This document shows positions 55,166 to 64,000 of a stretch of 64,000 nt of DNA, in pieces (position 1 is the first letter of the stretch; the number at the start of each line of letters is the position of its first letter). The position numbers were made by a program, and so were the translations under genes. The notes under the pieces were generated by a model. It was not told where the DNA came from and did no database searches. It saw nothing but the letters and a program-made list of their open reading frames with translations. The DNA is taken from assembly GCA_964628805.1 (NCBI GenBank), contig CAZVOK010000001.1, positions 44,504-108,503 on the forward strand, written 5' to 3'. Source of the DNA: an uncultured Candidatus Peribacteria bacterium (GTDB taxonomy: Bacteria; Patescibacteriota; Gracilibacteria; Peribacterales; Peribacteraceae).

Positions 55166-55432
55166 ATGTCGACCGACCCAGTAGTTCCGGCAACAAAAGA
55201 AGATATTCAAATGCTTATGAATGAAATAGGTAGGCTTTATGATGCGAATGCTGGCTGGCAGAACGAAATGCTTGAAAAACAACAGGGCTGGAAAGACGAA
55301 ATAAAGGACCATTTCGATCTAGTCGCAGAAAACATTTGACACGATGCTTTTGCTGCAAATAGAGAGGAAATTGAGGTGATAAAAGACAATATAAAGGCTC
55401 TACAAAAGCACACAAATTTCATCTCAGTTTGA
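55166..55432 (+). pseudogene. Small coiled-coil protein gene interrupted by one in-frame TGA (55337-55339)
   Basis: The ORF ends ...DHFDLVAENI at the TGA. The same frame continues HDAFAANREEIEVIKDNIKALQKHTNFISV to a second TGA at 55430. The ATG at 55166 has a pyrimidine-rich leader like other genes here. Confidence 0.35.
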
Positions 55433-55443
55433 GTTTTTAACTA

Positions 55444-55482
55444 CAAATCTCAAGTCTCACATCTCTAGTTTCAAGTCTCCTC
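55444..55482. repeat. GAGAC-word arm (C-rich strand only)
   Basis: caaatctcaagtctcacatctctagtttcaagtctcctc. Confidence 0.5.
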
Positions 55483-55554
55483 CAGACCATTGACTTTTTT
55501 ACTACTCACGAGTATAATACTTGCGCTCAATTTCACACTTTTACACAAACATTT

Positions 55555-55947
55555 ATGCCCACTCCTCACTCTATTCCACCCGATATCCCGGCCGATGATT
55601 TGCCACTGTCCTTTTATGAAACAGGACACGTCAGGAAACTGGTAGATATGGAATTTGAGATGAGTCTGTGGAACTTTCTGCACCAAGTGCAGGTGGAACT
55701 GAGCGCTACTGAGGAAACTATGCTACGGGAAGCAGTGATTCCGGGCACACTAGAGGCCCTTTTGGAGGATCCTGCATGTATGGATTGTAAGGGAACCATG
55801 ATGCTGCCCTCTATATACGGCCAGCACAGAATGCACATGCAGGTGCGTATGCGCCTGGAAAGTGCGTTGGAGATGCTGGAAAAGCGAAAAGAAACTGGTC
55901 ATCTCAGCGAGGCGCAGGCCCACTGGTGGGAGCTGAAAGAGGCATAA
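55555..55947 (+). CDS. Hypothetical protein
   Basis: 130-aa ORF inserted between rpsG and fusA. No motif. Confidence 0.45.
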   Translation: MPTPHSIPPDIPADDLPLSFYETGHVRKLVDMEFEMSLWNFLHQVQVELSATEETMLREAVIPGTLEALLEDPACMDCKGTMMLPSIYGQHRMHMQVRMRLESALEMLEKRKETGHLSEAQAHWWELKEA

Positions 55948-56062
55948 AATCCCAAAGGAATGGAAAGGCTTCCTTGCCTTCCTGTGGCTTTTTCTTTATA
56001 TTCTCCGCACTTTAGACTAAGACCGCGGTCTTCCCGCGTGTCTTTCGATTCCCCTCTCCATC

Positions 56063-58168
56063 ATGGACCTCCGAAACGTACGCAATATTGGAATTATTGC
56101 CCACATCGATGCGGGTAAAACCACTACGTCCGAGCGTATCCTGTACTACACAGGCCGCACGCACAAAATCGGCGAAGTGCACGAGGGAGAGGCCACCATG
56201 GACTGGATGGAACAGGAGCGCGAGCGCGGTATCACCATCACATCTGCCGCTACACAGTGCCACTGGCATGCCAAGGATATTACGGGTCAGGAGATCGATT
56301 GCACCATCAACCTCATCGATACTCCGGGACACGTGGACTTCACAGCCGAAGTGGAGCGCAGTCTTCGCGTGCTGGACGGAGGAGTAGTGGTGTTCGATGG
56401 ATCCCAGGGAGTGGAGCCGCAGTCCGAAACCGTGTGGCGCCAGGCCGACAAGTACGATGTGCCACGCCTCGCTTTCGTCAATAAAATGGACAAGACCGGA
56501 GGAGACTTCTTTATGTCCCTAGATAGCATCTACGACCGCCTCAGCAAGAACGCGGTTCCCATCCAGCTTCCTATCGGCGCGGAGAGCGAGTTCTCCGGCA
56601 TCATCGATCTCATTGATCAAAAGGCTTACACGTTCACTGGAAAAATGGGTGAGACACGCGAGGAGATTGCCATTCCAGAAGATATGAAAAACCAGGTGCA
56701 GGAGTACCGCCTGACCCTCATGGAAAAAGTGGCGGAGAACGCCGGCGATGAATTCATGGATCTCTTCTTGCAGAATAATGCTCTGACGGATGATGAGCTG
56801 AAGAGGGGACTCCGTGCTGCAACGGTTGCCAACAAAATCTACCCCGTGCTCTGCGGATCGTCCCTTCAGAACATGGGTGTGCAGCTGGTGCTGGATGCGG
56901 TAGTAGCCTACCTGCCATCTCCTACGGACATCCCTGCTATCAAGGCTACAGACTTGAAGACCAATCAGGAGATCGCCCGTCATGCTACGAACGATGAACC
57001 GATGACCGCTCTGGCCTTCAAGATTGCCACCGATCCGTTCGTGGGAAAGCTCGTCTTCATCCGTGTGTACTCCGGAGTACTGAAGTCCGGAAGCTACGTG
57101 CTCAACTCCCGCACGGGAAACAAGGAACGAATCGGACGCCTCGTGCGCTTGCATGCCAACTCTCGCCAGGAAATCGATCAGATTGAAGCAGGAGACATTG
57201 GGGCTGTCATCGGTCTCAAGGACACTCGCACCGGAGACACTATCTGCGATGAAGCGAACCCTGTGCAGCTGGAGTCCATCACCTTCGCAGAGCCGGTGAT
57301 CATGTTGGCTGTAGAGCCAAAGACTAAGGCCGATCAGGAAAAAATGGGTATCGCCCTTCAAAAATTGGTTGAAGAAGATCCCACACTGCGCGTGCGCACC
57401 GATGAAGAGACGGGTCAGACGATCCTCGCAGGAATGGGAGAGCTGCACCTGGATATCATCACCGACCGCATGAAGCGTGAGTTCAAAGTGGAAAGCAATG
57501 TAGGGAAGCCACAGGTGGCCTACCGCGAGACCATCCAAAAAGAAGTGCAGCACGAAGAGAAATACATCAAGCAGTCCGGAGGCCGCGGTCAGTACGGTCA
57601 CGTGGTGTTTACGCTTCGCCCTCAGGAACCGGGAAAGGGTTATACCTTCACCAACAACATCGTGTCCGGCCGCATCCCACGCGAATTCATCACTCCGTGC
57701 GACAAGGGATTCCAGGAAGGAATGACGCGTGGAATTCAGGCAGGATACCCGGTAGTAGATGTAGAAGTGGATCTCCAGGACGGTTCCTACCACGATGTGG
57801 ACAGTAACGAATTCGCCTTCAAAATGGCCGCATCCATCGGTTTCCAGGAAGCTGCTCGCAAGGCGGATCCTGTGATCTTGGAGCCGATCATGAAAGTGGA
57901 AGTGGTGACTCCAGAGCAGTTCTTCGGAGATATCATGGGAGACATCAACTCCCGCCGCGGAACAGTGCTGGAAACCTCCGACCGTGGAACGGCAAAAGTG
58001 GTGATGGCTCACGTGCCGCTCTCCGAAATGTTCGGGTACGCTACGGACATGCGCTCTATGACCCAAGGTCGTGCGAGCTACTCCATGGAGCCAAGTCACT
58101 ACGCCAAAGTGCCAAAGAATAAGGCAGATGAGATTGCGGCGGAGAGAGCAGGGACAGCCAAGAGATAG
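56063..58168 (+). CDS. fusA: Elongation factor G
   Basis: [17 protein letters not shown] and NKMDK. Full-length, 701 aa. Confidence 0.97.
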   Translation: MDLRNVRNIGIIAHIDAGKTTTSERILYYTGRTHKIGEVHEGEATMDWMEQERERGITITSAATQCHWHAKDITGQEIDCTINLIDTPGHVDFTAEVERSLRVLDGGVVVFDGSQGVEPQSETVWRQADKYDVPRLAFVNKMDKTGGDFFMSLDSIYDRLSKNAVPIQLPIGAESEFSGIIDLIDQKAYTFTGKMGETREEIAIPEDMKNQVQEYRLTLMEKVAENAGDEFMDLFLQNNALTDDELKRGLRAATVANKIYPVLCGSSLQNMGVQLVLDAVVAYLPSPTDIPAIKATDLKTNQEIARHATNDEPMTALAFKIATDPFVGKLVFIRVYSGVLKSGSYVLNSRTGNKERIGRLVRLHANSRQEIDQIEAGDIGAVIGLKDTRTGDTICDEANPVQLESITFAEPVIMLAVEPKTKADQEKMGIALQKLVEEDPTLRVRTDEETGQTILAGMGELHLDIITDRMKREFKVESNVGKPQVAYRETIQKEVQHEEKYIKQSGGRGQYGHVVFTLRPQEPGKGYTFTNNIVSGRIPREFITPCDKGFQEGMTRGIQAGYPVVDVEVDLQDGSYHDVDSNEFAFKMAASIGFQEAARKADPVILEPIMKVEVVTPEQFFGDIMGDINSRRGTVLETSDRGTAKVVMAHVPLSEMFGYATDMRSMTQGRASYSMEPSHYAKVPKNKADEIAAERAGTAKR

Positions 58169-58190
58169 TTTGAAAATTGTAATTCTAAAA

Positions 58191-58218
58191 GAGCAGCGTG
58201 GGCTGCTCTTTTTGTTTT
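58191..58218 (+). terminator. Rho-independent terminator of fusA
   Basis: gagcagc gtgg gctgctc followed by tttttgtttt. Confidence 0.75.
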
Positions 58219-58230
58219 ATCTATTGATTC

Positions 58231-58592
58231 GGGAGCAGGCTTTCTGCCTGCGGTCCCGTGCAATTATTTTCATCCCCCAGAGCGGGCATTCTGCCCGCAT
58301 TGCTTTGGTATAACTTCATCTCTGGGAGCGGGTGTGTCCCACCCGCGGTTGTTTCACGAGAACCTCATCTGCAGCCACCAAAGGTCGGTACTTTCTTTTG
58401 GCTATCCACCTTCGCCCTTCATTCTTCTAGGCCACTAGAAGGCTACGGTGGACAGGCCCGCTCTCTGTCTTTATTGGTATTGGGAGGAGGGGGAAGGTGG
58501 CCGCCTGCCCTCCGTAGTCCACAGACGAAGGAGGGTGGTTTTGGGTTGTGAAGTAAGCTGTTCCCTCGACGTGTCTGGGAGAGTTTGGTTTG
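58231..58592. repeat. GC-hairpin module (30-mer identical to 3927..3956) followed by copy 2 of the ~300-nt composite structured repeat
   Basis: See 43503..43807. The shared blocks appear in the same order and orientation. Stems differ by paired substitutions. Confidence 0.75.
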
Positions 58593-58653
58593 AGCAAAAG
58601 GGAGGCAATAGCAAAGACAGCAATCTAGTTCCCAGTTCCTAGTACACGAGTTC

Positions 58654-59193
58654 CTAAGCTAAAGACCCCCTCAACTCCTCACCCCTTCGCGCCAATTCCC
58701 GTACACACTTTTTATTCAACTCAAGTAATTCTCCAGACAATTTTTCAAGACTAGATCCTGTGATGGCAGGTGGATTATTCAGTGAAAAAATTTCTCGTAG
58801 CAGCGGACCGCTTTGTTCGTGGTATTGGGTGAGCTTATTGCAGGTGTCTTCATCAATCACAAAGTGTTTCAGAGCAGCTCCGTAGAGCTCACGGTCGGGC
58901 ACTCCGCTGGGTAAAGTCTCGCGGGACATGAGTGTGGCGAAGAGGGCTGGGTCCTGGAACGCTGTATCGCCTTTGGAGACTGCCTCCTTCATGCTGGCTA
59001 CCCAGAGTGTTTGCCGTAAGACGGCATGAAGCTGATGGATGCTGAGGGAGATCACTTCCGCGTAATGCTTCTGACCAAATGCCGCATCAATCTCTTGGAG
59101 GAGACTCTGCTGATGGGCAATGAATTCCTGGAGTCGCGTAAGGCACTCTTGTACTTGTGCTTGCTGTGTCGTATCTAAGGTCAGTGCTGTCAT
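58654..59193 (-). CDS. Hypothetical protein
   Basis: ORF downstream of the protease gene on the same strand. The ATG at 59193 is preceded by cttctcccctctctct. No motif. Confidence 0.5.
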   Translation of the reverse strand: MTALTLDTTQQAQVQECLTRLQEFIAHQQSLLQEIDAAFGQKHYAEVISLSIHQLHAVLRQTLWVASMKEAVSKGDTAFQDPALFATLMSRETLPSGVPDRELYGAALKHFVIDEDTCNKLTQYHEQSGPLLREIFSLNNPPAITGSSLEKLSGELLELNKKCVRELARRGEELRGSLA

Positions 59194-59230
59194 AGAGAGA
59201 GGGGAGAAGTACCTGTAAGACACCTAGAGC

Positions 59231-60445
59231 TTACTCTTCTTTCCATTCTTCCAGTGTTACGGATACATCTCGCGTTTTTCCTGCAGTAGACACTTGGAGT
59301 GTTAAGGCATCGCCTGGGTTTTTACGTTGGATCAGTTGGCTGAAAGAAAGATCTTCCGTGAGCTTTTGGCCGTCTACACTCAGGATAACGTCATTCTCTT
59401 TGATGCCGGCTTTATCGGCAGGGGAGCCGGGAACTATGGCCAGGTCTGCAGGTGTCTCACCGCGGACTACCAAAATGCCGTAGTCATACGCGAGCTTATT
59501 TTTCTCTTTCAATTCCGGAGTGACAGGCGTGTAACGAATGCCGATGTACGGCCGCACAATACGTCCGTACGTTTTGTAGCTCTGTAGCACGCGCTGCAGG
59601 TCACTGGCAGGAATAGCAAACGCGATCCCCTGAGCTCCTCCTGCGACAGCTGTATTCATTCCAATGACCGTGCCATGGGTATCGATGAGCGGACCGCCGG
59701 AGTTTCCTTGGTTGATGGCCGCATCAGTCTGAATGATCTGCGTGAGTTCCTCCGCCTGTCCCGAAGGACTCCCGGCAATGATGGTGCGCTGCAGCCCGGA
59801 AATAACTCCCACGCTCACGGTGTTTCGAAACTCCGCCAAGGCGTTTCCAATGGCAATGGCAGTCTGTCCCAAAAACGGTTCGCTTTGGTTGGACACTTGG
59901 AGGAAGGGGAAATTGTTTCCTTCTACTTTCAGCAGGGCGATGTCTGTCACCGTATCGCGTGCGAGCACAGTGGCTTTCAGCTGGCGTCCATCGTTCAAGA
60001 ACACTGTGTACTCCGCGCTTTCATCATCCACCACGTGGTTATTGGTCATGAGGAGCCCATCTGCAGACACAAAGAACGCCGTACCGCCACCCACTTCCCG
60101 CAGCTGCGTGCCATTCTGGCGGTACTCCGGCATGCTGAAGAATTCTTCGAAGAATGAATCACCAAAAGGACTATTGCCACCGGGCTGCCTGTAGTATCGC
60201 TCAATCACCGGCACATTTTTGCTGATGATCACGCTCACTACAGCCGGCTCCGTTTTCTGTACGGCCGTCACGATGGATTGCTCCTGACTGGACGCAAAAG
60301 AGGGGAGAGAAGACACTGAGTCATTACTGAGAGCCTGGCCCGAAGAAGAGGGCGTAGAAAACGTCTGCGCGGAGGCGAGCACGAGGCCGGATACAACGCC
60401 GGCAGTGATGCCGGAGAGGAGGATGGTTTTGAGGGAGGTGGTCAT
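59231..60445 (-). CDS. HtrA/DegP-family serine protease with a PDZ domain
   Basis: N-terminal TM segment. Catalytic His (TNNHVVDD), Asp (DIALLKV) and Ser (GNSGGPL). C-terminal PDZ domain (GIKENDVILSVDGQ). The ORF track starts at a TTG (60463); the ATG is at 60445. Confidence 0.9.
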   Translation of the reverse strand: MTTSLKTILLSGITAGVVSGLVLASAQTFSTPSSSGQALSNDSVSSLPSFASSQEQSIVTAVQKTEPAVVSVIISKNVPVIERYYRQPGGNSPFGDSFFEEFFSMPEYRQNGTQLREVGGGTAFFVSADGLLMTNNHVVDDESAEYTVFLNDGRQLKATVLARDTVTDIALLKVEGNNFPFLQVSNQSEPFLGQTAIAIGNALAEFRNTVSVGVISGLQRTIIAGSPSGQAEELTQIIQTDAAINQGNSGGPLIDTHGTVIGMNTAVAGGAQGIAFAIPASDLQRVLQSYKTYGRIVRPYIGIRYTPVTPELKEKNKLAYDYGILVVRGETPADLAIVPGSPADKAGIKENDVILSVDGQKLTEDLSFSQLIQRKNPGDALTLQVSTAGKTRDVSVTLEEWKEE

Positions 60446-60606
60446 ACAAGAAAAGGAATACAAATTATACGCGTATCATCAAGGGTAATGATCTCTCTAT
60501 AAGACGTGATTAAGACCTTAAAAATACAAAAGTTTTCCGAGGGTGAAATATTGACATTTATTTAAAAATATGTAAAATATAATCATTAATACTTTTCATC
60601 TTTACT

Positions 60607-60846
60607 ATGAAATTTGTGAGTCCTAAAGCCTTAGAAGGAATTATCAATGCAGGTGCGGATGCAGGGAAGAAAGGCATAGTTGATACAGTAAAACACTTAG
60701 ATGCCATTTCTCGTGATAGAACTGATTTCAATAGGAGAGTAGGTGAATTATTGGGCGATCTGACTGCAGAAAGTGATTACCCAGGTCGTGATGGTGACAA
60801 TGCCATGTGGATGAGGCAAGCTATTGAAGGCGCAATAGAAGACTGA
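60607..60846 (+). CDS. Hypothetical small protein (AT-rich orphan)
   Basis: 79-aa ORF preceded by an AT-rich region containing ttgaca (60551-60556) and -10-like taaaat/tataat boxes. Confidence 0.4.
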   Translation: MKFVSPKALEGIINAGADAGKKGIVDTVKHLDAISRDRTDFNRRVGELLGDLTAESDYPGRDGDNAMWMRQAIEGAIED

Positions 60847-60862
60847 AAGCGCTTTCCTCTTT

Positions 60863-61270
60863 ATGCCTCCTCACAAGCGCTTCACCGACGATAGTTTCAA
60901 GAAGGAACCTTGGTTTCGCTCTCTGTGCGAAGCGATGCTTTCATGTAAAACAGAGGAAGACATGGCCAATTTATTGCGTGATGTAGGAACACTCAGTGAG
61001 CTTCAGGCTTGGAGTGAACGATTGGAAGTAGCAAAGCAGTTAGTGAAAGGACTCAGTTACAGGCAAGTGGCAGAGAATACCGGAGCGAGTACTACAACTG
61101 TCACTCGTGTCGCAAAATTTATTGAAAATGGGATGGGTGGGTACAGGAAATTTTTGAACGCCCACAGGCATCACCGGATGATGACGGCGAAGGAGGCGCC
61201 AAAAAAATCTACTGACATATCCGAAAAGAAGCACGTGTCGGTGTTGCAGAAATATTTGGATAAGAAATAA
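60863..61270 (+). CDS. YerC/YecD (TrpR-related) family DNA-binding protein
   Basis: ELQAWSERLEVAKQLVKGLSYRQVAENTGASTTTVTRVAKFIENGMGGY. Confidence 0.75.
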   Translation: MPPHKRFTDDSFKKEPWFRSLCEAMLSCKTEEDMANLLRDVGTLSELQAWSERLEVAKQLVKGLSYRQVAENTGASTTTVTRVAKFIENGMGGYRKFLNAHRHHRMMTAKEAPKKSTDISEKKHVSVLQKYLDKK

Positions 61271-61272
61271 CT

Positions 61273-62280
61273 ATGATGGATCCGCAGTTCATGCACCGCT
61301 GCTTCGTCCTCGCATCCCTTGGCCGAGGGAAAGTAGGGAATGGCGCTTTGGTAGGATCAGTCCTTGTTCGTGATGGAACAATCATCGCCGAAGGACACCA
61401 CGAAGCATTTGGAAAAGCTCATGCGGAGCGGATGCTTTTGGAAAAATTTTCAGGTGACATTCTTCCGACCGATACACTCTACGTAAATTTGGAACCCTGT
61501 TGTCACACGGGAAAAACTCCTCCGTGTACGGACATTATTCTAGAGAGGGGAGTGAAGCGAGTAGTGTTCGGCATGCTCGATCCGGATACTCGTGTGGCAG
61601 GAAATGGAATCGAGCTACTCAGAAAAAATGGAGTGGAAGTTCTAGGTCCGTGTGAGCGTGCGCTCTGTGAAAAAATGAATAGGGGATTCATCACGGTTCG
61701 TACTAAAAATCGTCCGTGGATCACTCTGAAAAGTGCGCGAAGAAGTGATGGGAAAATTGCGAATGATGATGGATCGCCGCTGAAAATAACTTCCGGTGAA
61801 CAGGACGAGTGGTCACACACATTTTTACGATCCCAACTGGATGCAATCGTCATCGGTATAGGAACAGCACTTGCAGATAATCCATCGTTAACACCTAGAT
61901 TTGCTTCTGATAAGCCAAGTATCTTGAATACAAAAATTGATCAATATCAGCCGTATCGAGTGGTGTTTGATGCGCAGTTACGAATGCCTGCTGAATCAAA
62001 ATTGCTGACAGACGAATGGAAAGAAAAAACTATTCTCATTTGCAGCTCTGGCATTGATGAAGAAAAGAAACATATTTTTCAGAGCAGGGGAGTGAAGATT
62101 TTTTCCGTTTCCACTACCAATGGATTTTTTGTGTGGGAGGAATTGTGGAAGGCACTCACGAGTCCATCGGAAAATTTTTCCGGCATTACGAGTGTGCTTG
62201 TGGAGGGTGGGGCGAAAACGTGGGAGGTGTTTAAGAAAAATAAAATGATGGATGAGGAAATTTGTTTGATAGGGGCGTGA
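61273..62280 (+). CDS. ribD: Riboflavin biosynthesis protein RibD (pyrimidine deaminase/reductase)
   Basis: Deaminase motifs HAERMLL and LEPCCHTGKTPPC. C-terminal reductase domain (VLVEGGAKTW). Confidence 0.88.
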   Translation: MMDPQFMHRCFVLASLGRGKVGNGALVGSVLVRDGTIIAEGHHEAFGKAHAERMLLEKFSGDILPTDTLYVNLEPCCHTGKTPPCTDIILERGVKRVVFGMLDPDTRVAGNGIELLRKNGVEVLGPCERALCEKMNRGFITVRTKNRPWITLKSARRSDGKIANDDGSPLKITSGEQDEWSHTFLRSQLDAIVIGIGTALADNPSLTPRFASDKPSILNTKIDQYQPYRVVFDAQLRMPAESKLLTDEWKEKTILICSSGIDEEKKHIFQSRGVKIFSVSTTNGFFVWEELWKALTSPSENFSGITSVLVEGGAKTWEVFKKNKMMDEEICLIGA

Positions 62281-62450
62281 GGATTTAAATGATTGAAAAG
62301 AAATAAAGGATTGAAAGGAAATTTGTCATGCTGAGCCGCGTCGAAGCATAGACACTTTGCAATAACTTCCACAGGGATCGTATGTCGCCCTTCGACGCGC
62401 TCAGGGTGACATACTTTCCGTCGTGAATTATTTCTTTCTAAAGTTTTCCC
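62281..62450. repeat. AAGGATT-word hairpin whose loop carries a separate GC-rich inverted-repeat element
   Basis: Outer arms: ggatttaaatgattgaaaagaaataaaggattgaaagg and ttatttctttctaaag. Inner element: gtcatgctgagccgcgtcgaagc ... cccttcgacgcgctcagggtgac. Confidence 0.65.
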
Positions 62451-63115
62451 ATCACCCTCTGCGCTTCTGCGTATACCCACGTCACAAACCTGTGTCCCAG
62501 TGGCAGCTTTCCTGTCTTCGTGAAATCCTCTACAAACCCTGCAAACTTTTTTCCCTTGGCTCGTACCTTCGCGAGGCTTTCCGGGCGCTTATCGAGCACC
62601 AACGTAAACACCCCCTTTCGCTCCGTGCACTTGGCCTCGTAGTAATGGCCCACGATGGTCCCGCCGAAGTAGCGCAAGGATTCTGACACGTGTGCTACTG
62701 TAAAACGCATGAGGCCTCTCCAGGCTGCCCGGGGGGCCCCGCCCGTGAAGATGAAGTAGAAAGGCTTTCCTTTGAATTGCCCTTTGGTGCGCGTGTCTGC
62801 ATCCAGGCCAAAGCTCCCTATGCGGTCGATGGCGTTTTTCAAATGTGCGGGCACGCTGAAATTCCAGATGGGACTGGCAATGATGATGCCGTCTGCTTGC
62901 AGGATGGCATCTTTCAGTATCTGAAAATCTTTCTCTATTTTCTTGGAAGAATCGTAGTGTTCCAAAGTGAAGTGCTCTAGATTCAGATCCCTCAGGTAGA
63001 TCTTTGTCACACTACTGGATCTGTCATATTCCTCTATTCCATGAATAAAGGCTTCTCCCAGCATATCAGCGTTGCTTTGAACGTTTGTTCCAGCGACGAG
63101 AGCGAGAAAATGCAT
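62438..63115 (-). CDS. NAD(P)H-dependent FMN reductase/flavodoxin-like oxidoreductase
   Basis: IIIASPIWNFSVPAHLKNAIDR is typical of the family. 225 aa. Confidence 0.75.
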   Translation of the reverse strand: MHFLALVAGTNVQSNADMLGEAFIHGIEEYDRSSSVTKIYLRDLNLEHFTLEHYDSSKKIEKDFQILKDAILQADGIIIASPIWNFSVPAHLKNAIDRIGSFGLDADTRTKGQFKGKPFYFIFTGGAPRAAWRGLMRFTVAHVSESLRYFGGTIVGHYYEAKCTERKGVFTLVLDKRPESLAKVRAKGKKFAGFVEDFTKTGKLPLGHRFVTWVYAEAQRVMGKL

Positions 63116-63150
63116 AGCGAGTGTGCGGAATTGTAACTTGTGGTTTATTC

Positions 63151-63262
63151 GAATACTGGATTACTGGAATACTAGAGTACTGGGAAAGGCAAAAGAATCC
63201 GAACCTAAATCCTAAAGCCCCAGCCCCCCAATATTCCAGTACTCTATTACTCTAGTATTCCC
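63151..63262. repeat. ATACTGGA-word hairpin
   Basis: The left arm gaatactggattactggaatactagagtactggg pairs with the right arm ccaatattccagtactctattactctagtattcc. Confidence 0.75.
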
Positions 63263-63518
63263 ACCATCAAGACTGCAAAAATGTAACCCAAACTTTCCCT
63301 CGCCAGCCTCGACTTCGCTTTGCAGCCCGCCCTCGTTTGTGTCGCGGCAGTCTATTTTTTTTCAGCGGTTGAGAGTAGTTTTTCTCTCCCTCAAGCCGAC
63401 CGTAGACACTCCCTTTTCCTCGGAATATCGGTCCTTGACCATGGCATTTCAGATCCATATCTTGTATGCTTGTGACTCCAAGGAGTCTACCTATTGTGTT
63501 TCATTCCATTTCTGTCCT

Positions 63519-64000
63519 ATGAACCCCCAGAGCCCGTCCCAGGCGCAGAGCCGCCCTCTTTCGCCGTCCCAGAGTTCCGAGGAACGCGTGATCCAACCGC
63601 TTGGCAAAGGCCTCACCATCGAACGTTTTTTCACGACCCCGGGGAGCGATCCTCTGGAGGAAGTGCGTTACGAAAAGCGTCTCAGTCGCATCGCCAATAC
63701 CGATGGCTCGGTGGTGTTTGAAATGAAAGACGCGGAGATCCCCGCCGACTGGAGCCAGGTAGCCACCGACATTGTAGTGAGTAAGTACTTCCGCAAGGCC
63801 GGGGTGCCTCAGTACGACGAGCAGGGGAATGTGCTCAAAGATGCAAGCGGGGAGCCGATGAAAGGTCCTGAACGCAGTGTGAAGCAGGTAGTGCGTCGTC
63901 TCACAGGATGCTGGAGATACTGGGGTGAAACACACGGATATTTTGAAACGTCTCAGGACGCGCAGGCGTTTGAAGATGAACTCAGCTACATGCTTGTGCA
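63519..64000 (+). CDS. nrdJ: Ribonucleotide reductase, class II (adenosylcobalamin-dependent) type, 3' partial
   Basis: This is a hand-translated open frame running to the window end; it is absent from the ORF track because it has no stop. It reads GLTIERFFTTPGSDPLEEVRYEKR...VFEMKDAEIPADWSQVATDIVVSKYFRKAGVP. Confidence 0.8.
   Translation, partial: MNPQSPSQAQSRPLSPSQSSEERVIQPLGKGLTIERFFTTPGSDPLEEVRYEKRLSRIANTDGSVVFEMKDAEIPADWSQVATDIVVSKYFRKAGVPQYDEQGNVLKDASGEPMKGPERSVKQVVRRLTGCWRYWGETHGYFETSQDAQAFEDELSYMLV

Noticed and set aside
55337-55339. Genetic code 25 (UGA = Gly, as in Gracilibacteria/Absconditabacteria) as the explanation for the in-frame TGA
   Set aside because: Long conserved genes (rpoC, fusA, tuf, rny, glgP) translate intact with the standard code. 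Several genes terminate at TGA at the expected family length (glgP, ribD, the PMM gene). Global reassignment is therefore not supported.
60551-60583. Canonical -35/-10 promoter upstream of the 60607 orphan gene
   Set aside because: TTGACA is present, but the best TATAAT (60578-60583) is 21 nt away. An alternative TAAAAT at a 16-nt spacing is weak. The evidence is too ambiguous to list as a feature.
63263-63518. Cobalamin riboswitch or NrdR boxes upstream of the class II ribonucleotide reductase
   Set aside because: I could find no B12-box-like sequence and no pair of 16-bp NrdR palindromes by eye. The region only contains the end of a word-repeat hairpin and unremarkable sequence. A covariance-model scan would be needed to be certain.

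Overview
The window looks like chromosomal DNA from a small-genome, moderately AT-rich bacterium. I infer it is Patescibacteria/CPR-like, but I cannot verify that here. About 50 protein genes are supportable.

Housekeeping genes recognised by motif: gmk, a type I asparaginase homolog, phosphomannomutase/phosphoglucomutase, alpha-glucan phosphorylase, folP, a BI-1 family protein, nusB, rnc, rpsJ, tuf, an ABC exporter, a MutY-like glycosylase, rny, carA, an FNR-like reductase, a CofE-like ligase, rpoC, rpsL, rpsG, fusA, an HtrA protease, a YerC/TrpR-like protein, ribD, a flavin reductase, and the 5' part of a class II ribonucleotide reductase.

The left edge carries the end of an integrated element. 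Its large serine recombinase gene runs 30 nt into a tRNA-Ala(GGC) gene, and a tRNA-Arg(GCG) gene follows.

The main candidate for a new system is a 12-kb block of seven co-directional, translationally coupled orphan genes at 27.8-39.9 kb:
- Three consecutive products carry histidine-rich or (His-Gly)n C-terminal tails.
- Two small proteins are each coupled to a giant protein.
- The block is split and then followed by two much higher-GC, opposite-strand cassettes encoding envelope proteins.

Other accessory genes:
- a surface-anchored nuclease with four lamin-tail domains;
- an 1124-aa cysteine-rich-repeat surface protein;
- two tandem membrane proteins each built from three 2-TM repeats.

The intergenic DNA is unusual:
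- Almost every gene end is followed by a long hairpin whose arms are degenerate tandem repeats of a short word (GGGATT, GGTAAGG, GAGAC and others), often starting at the stop codon.
- There are dispersed GC-rich hairpin modules and a ~300-nt composite repeat, both showing compensatory stem changes.
- Several genes have an extended -10 box 6-10 nt upstream of the ATG, which implies leaderless mRNAs.
- Housekeeping genes lack Shine-Dalgarno motifs.

No CRISPR array, rRNA gene or transposase was seen.
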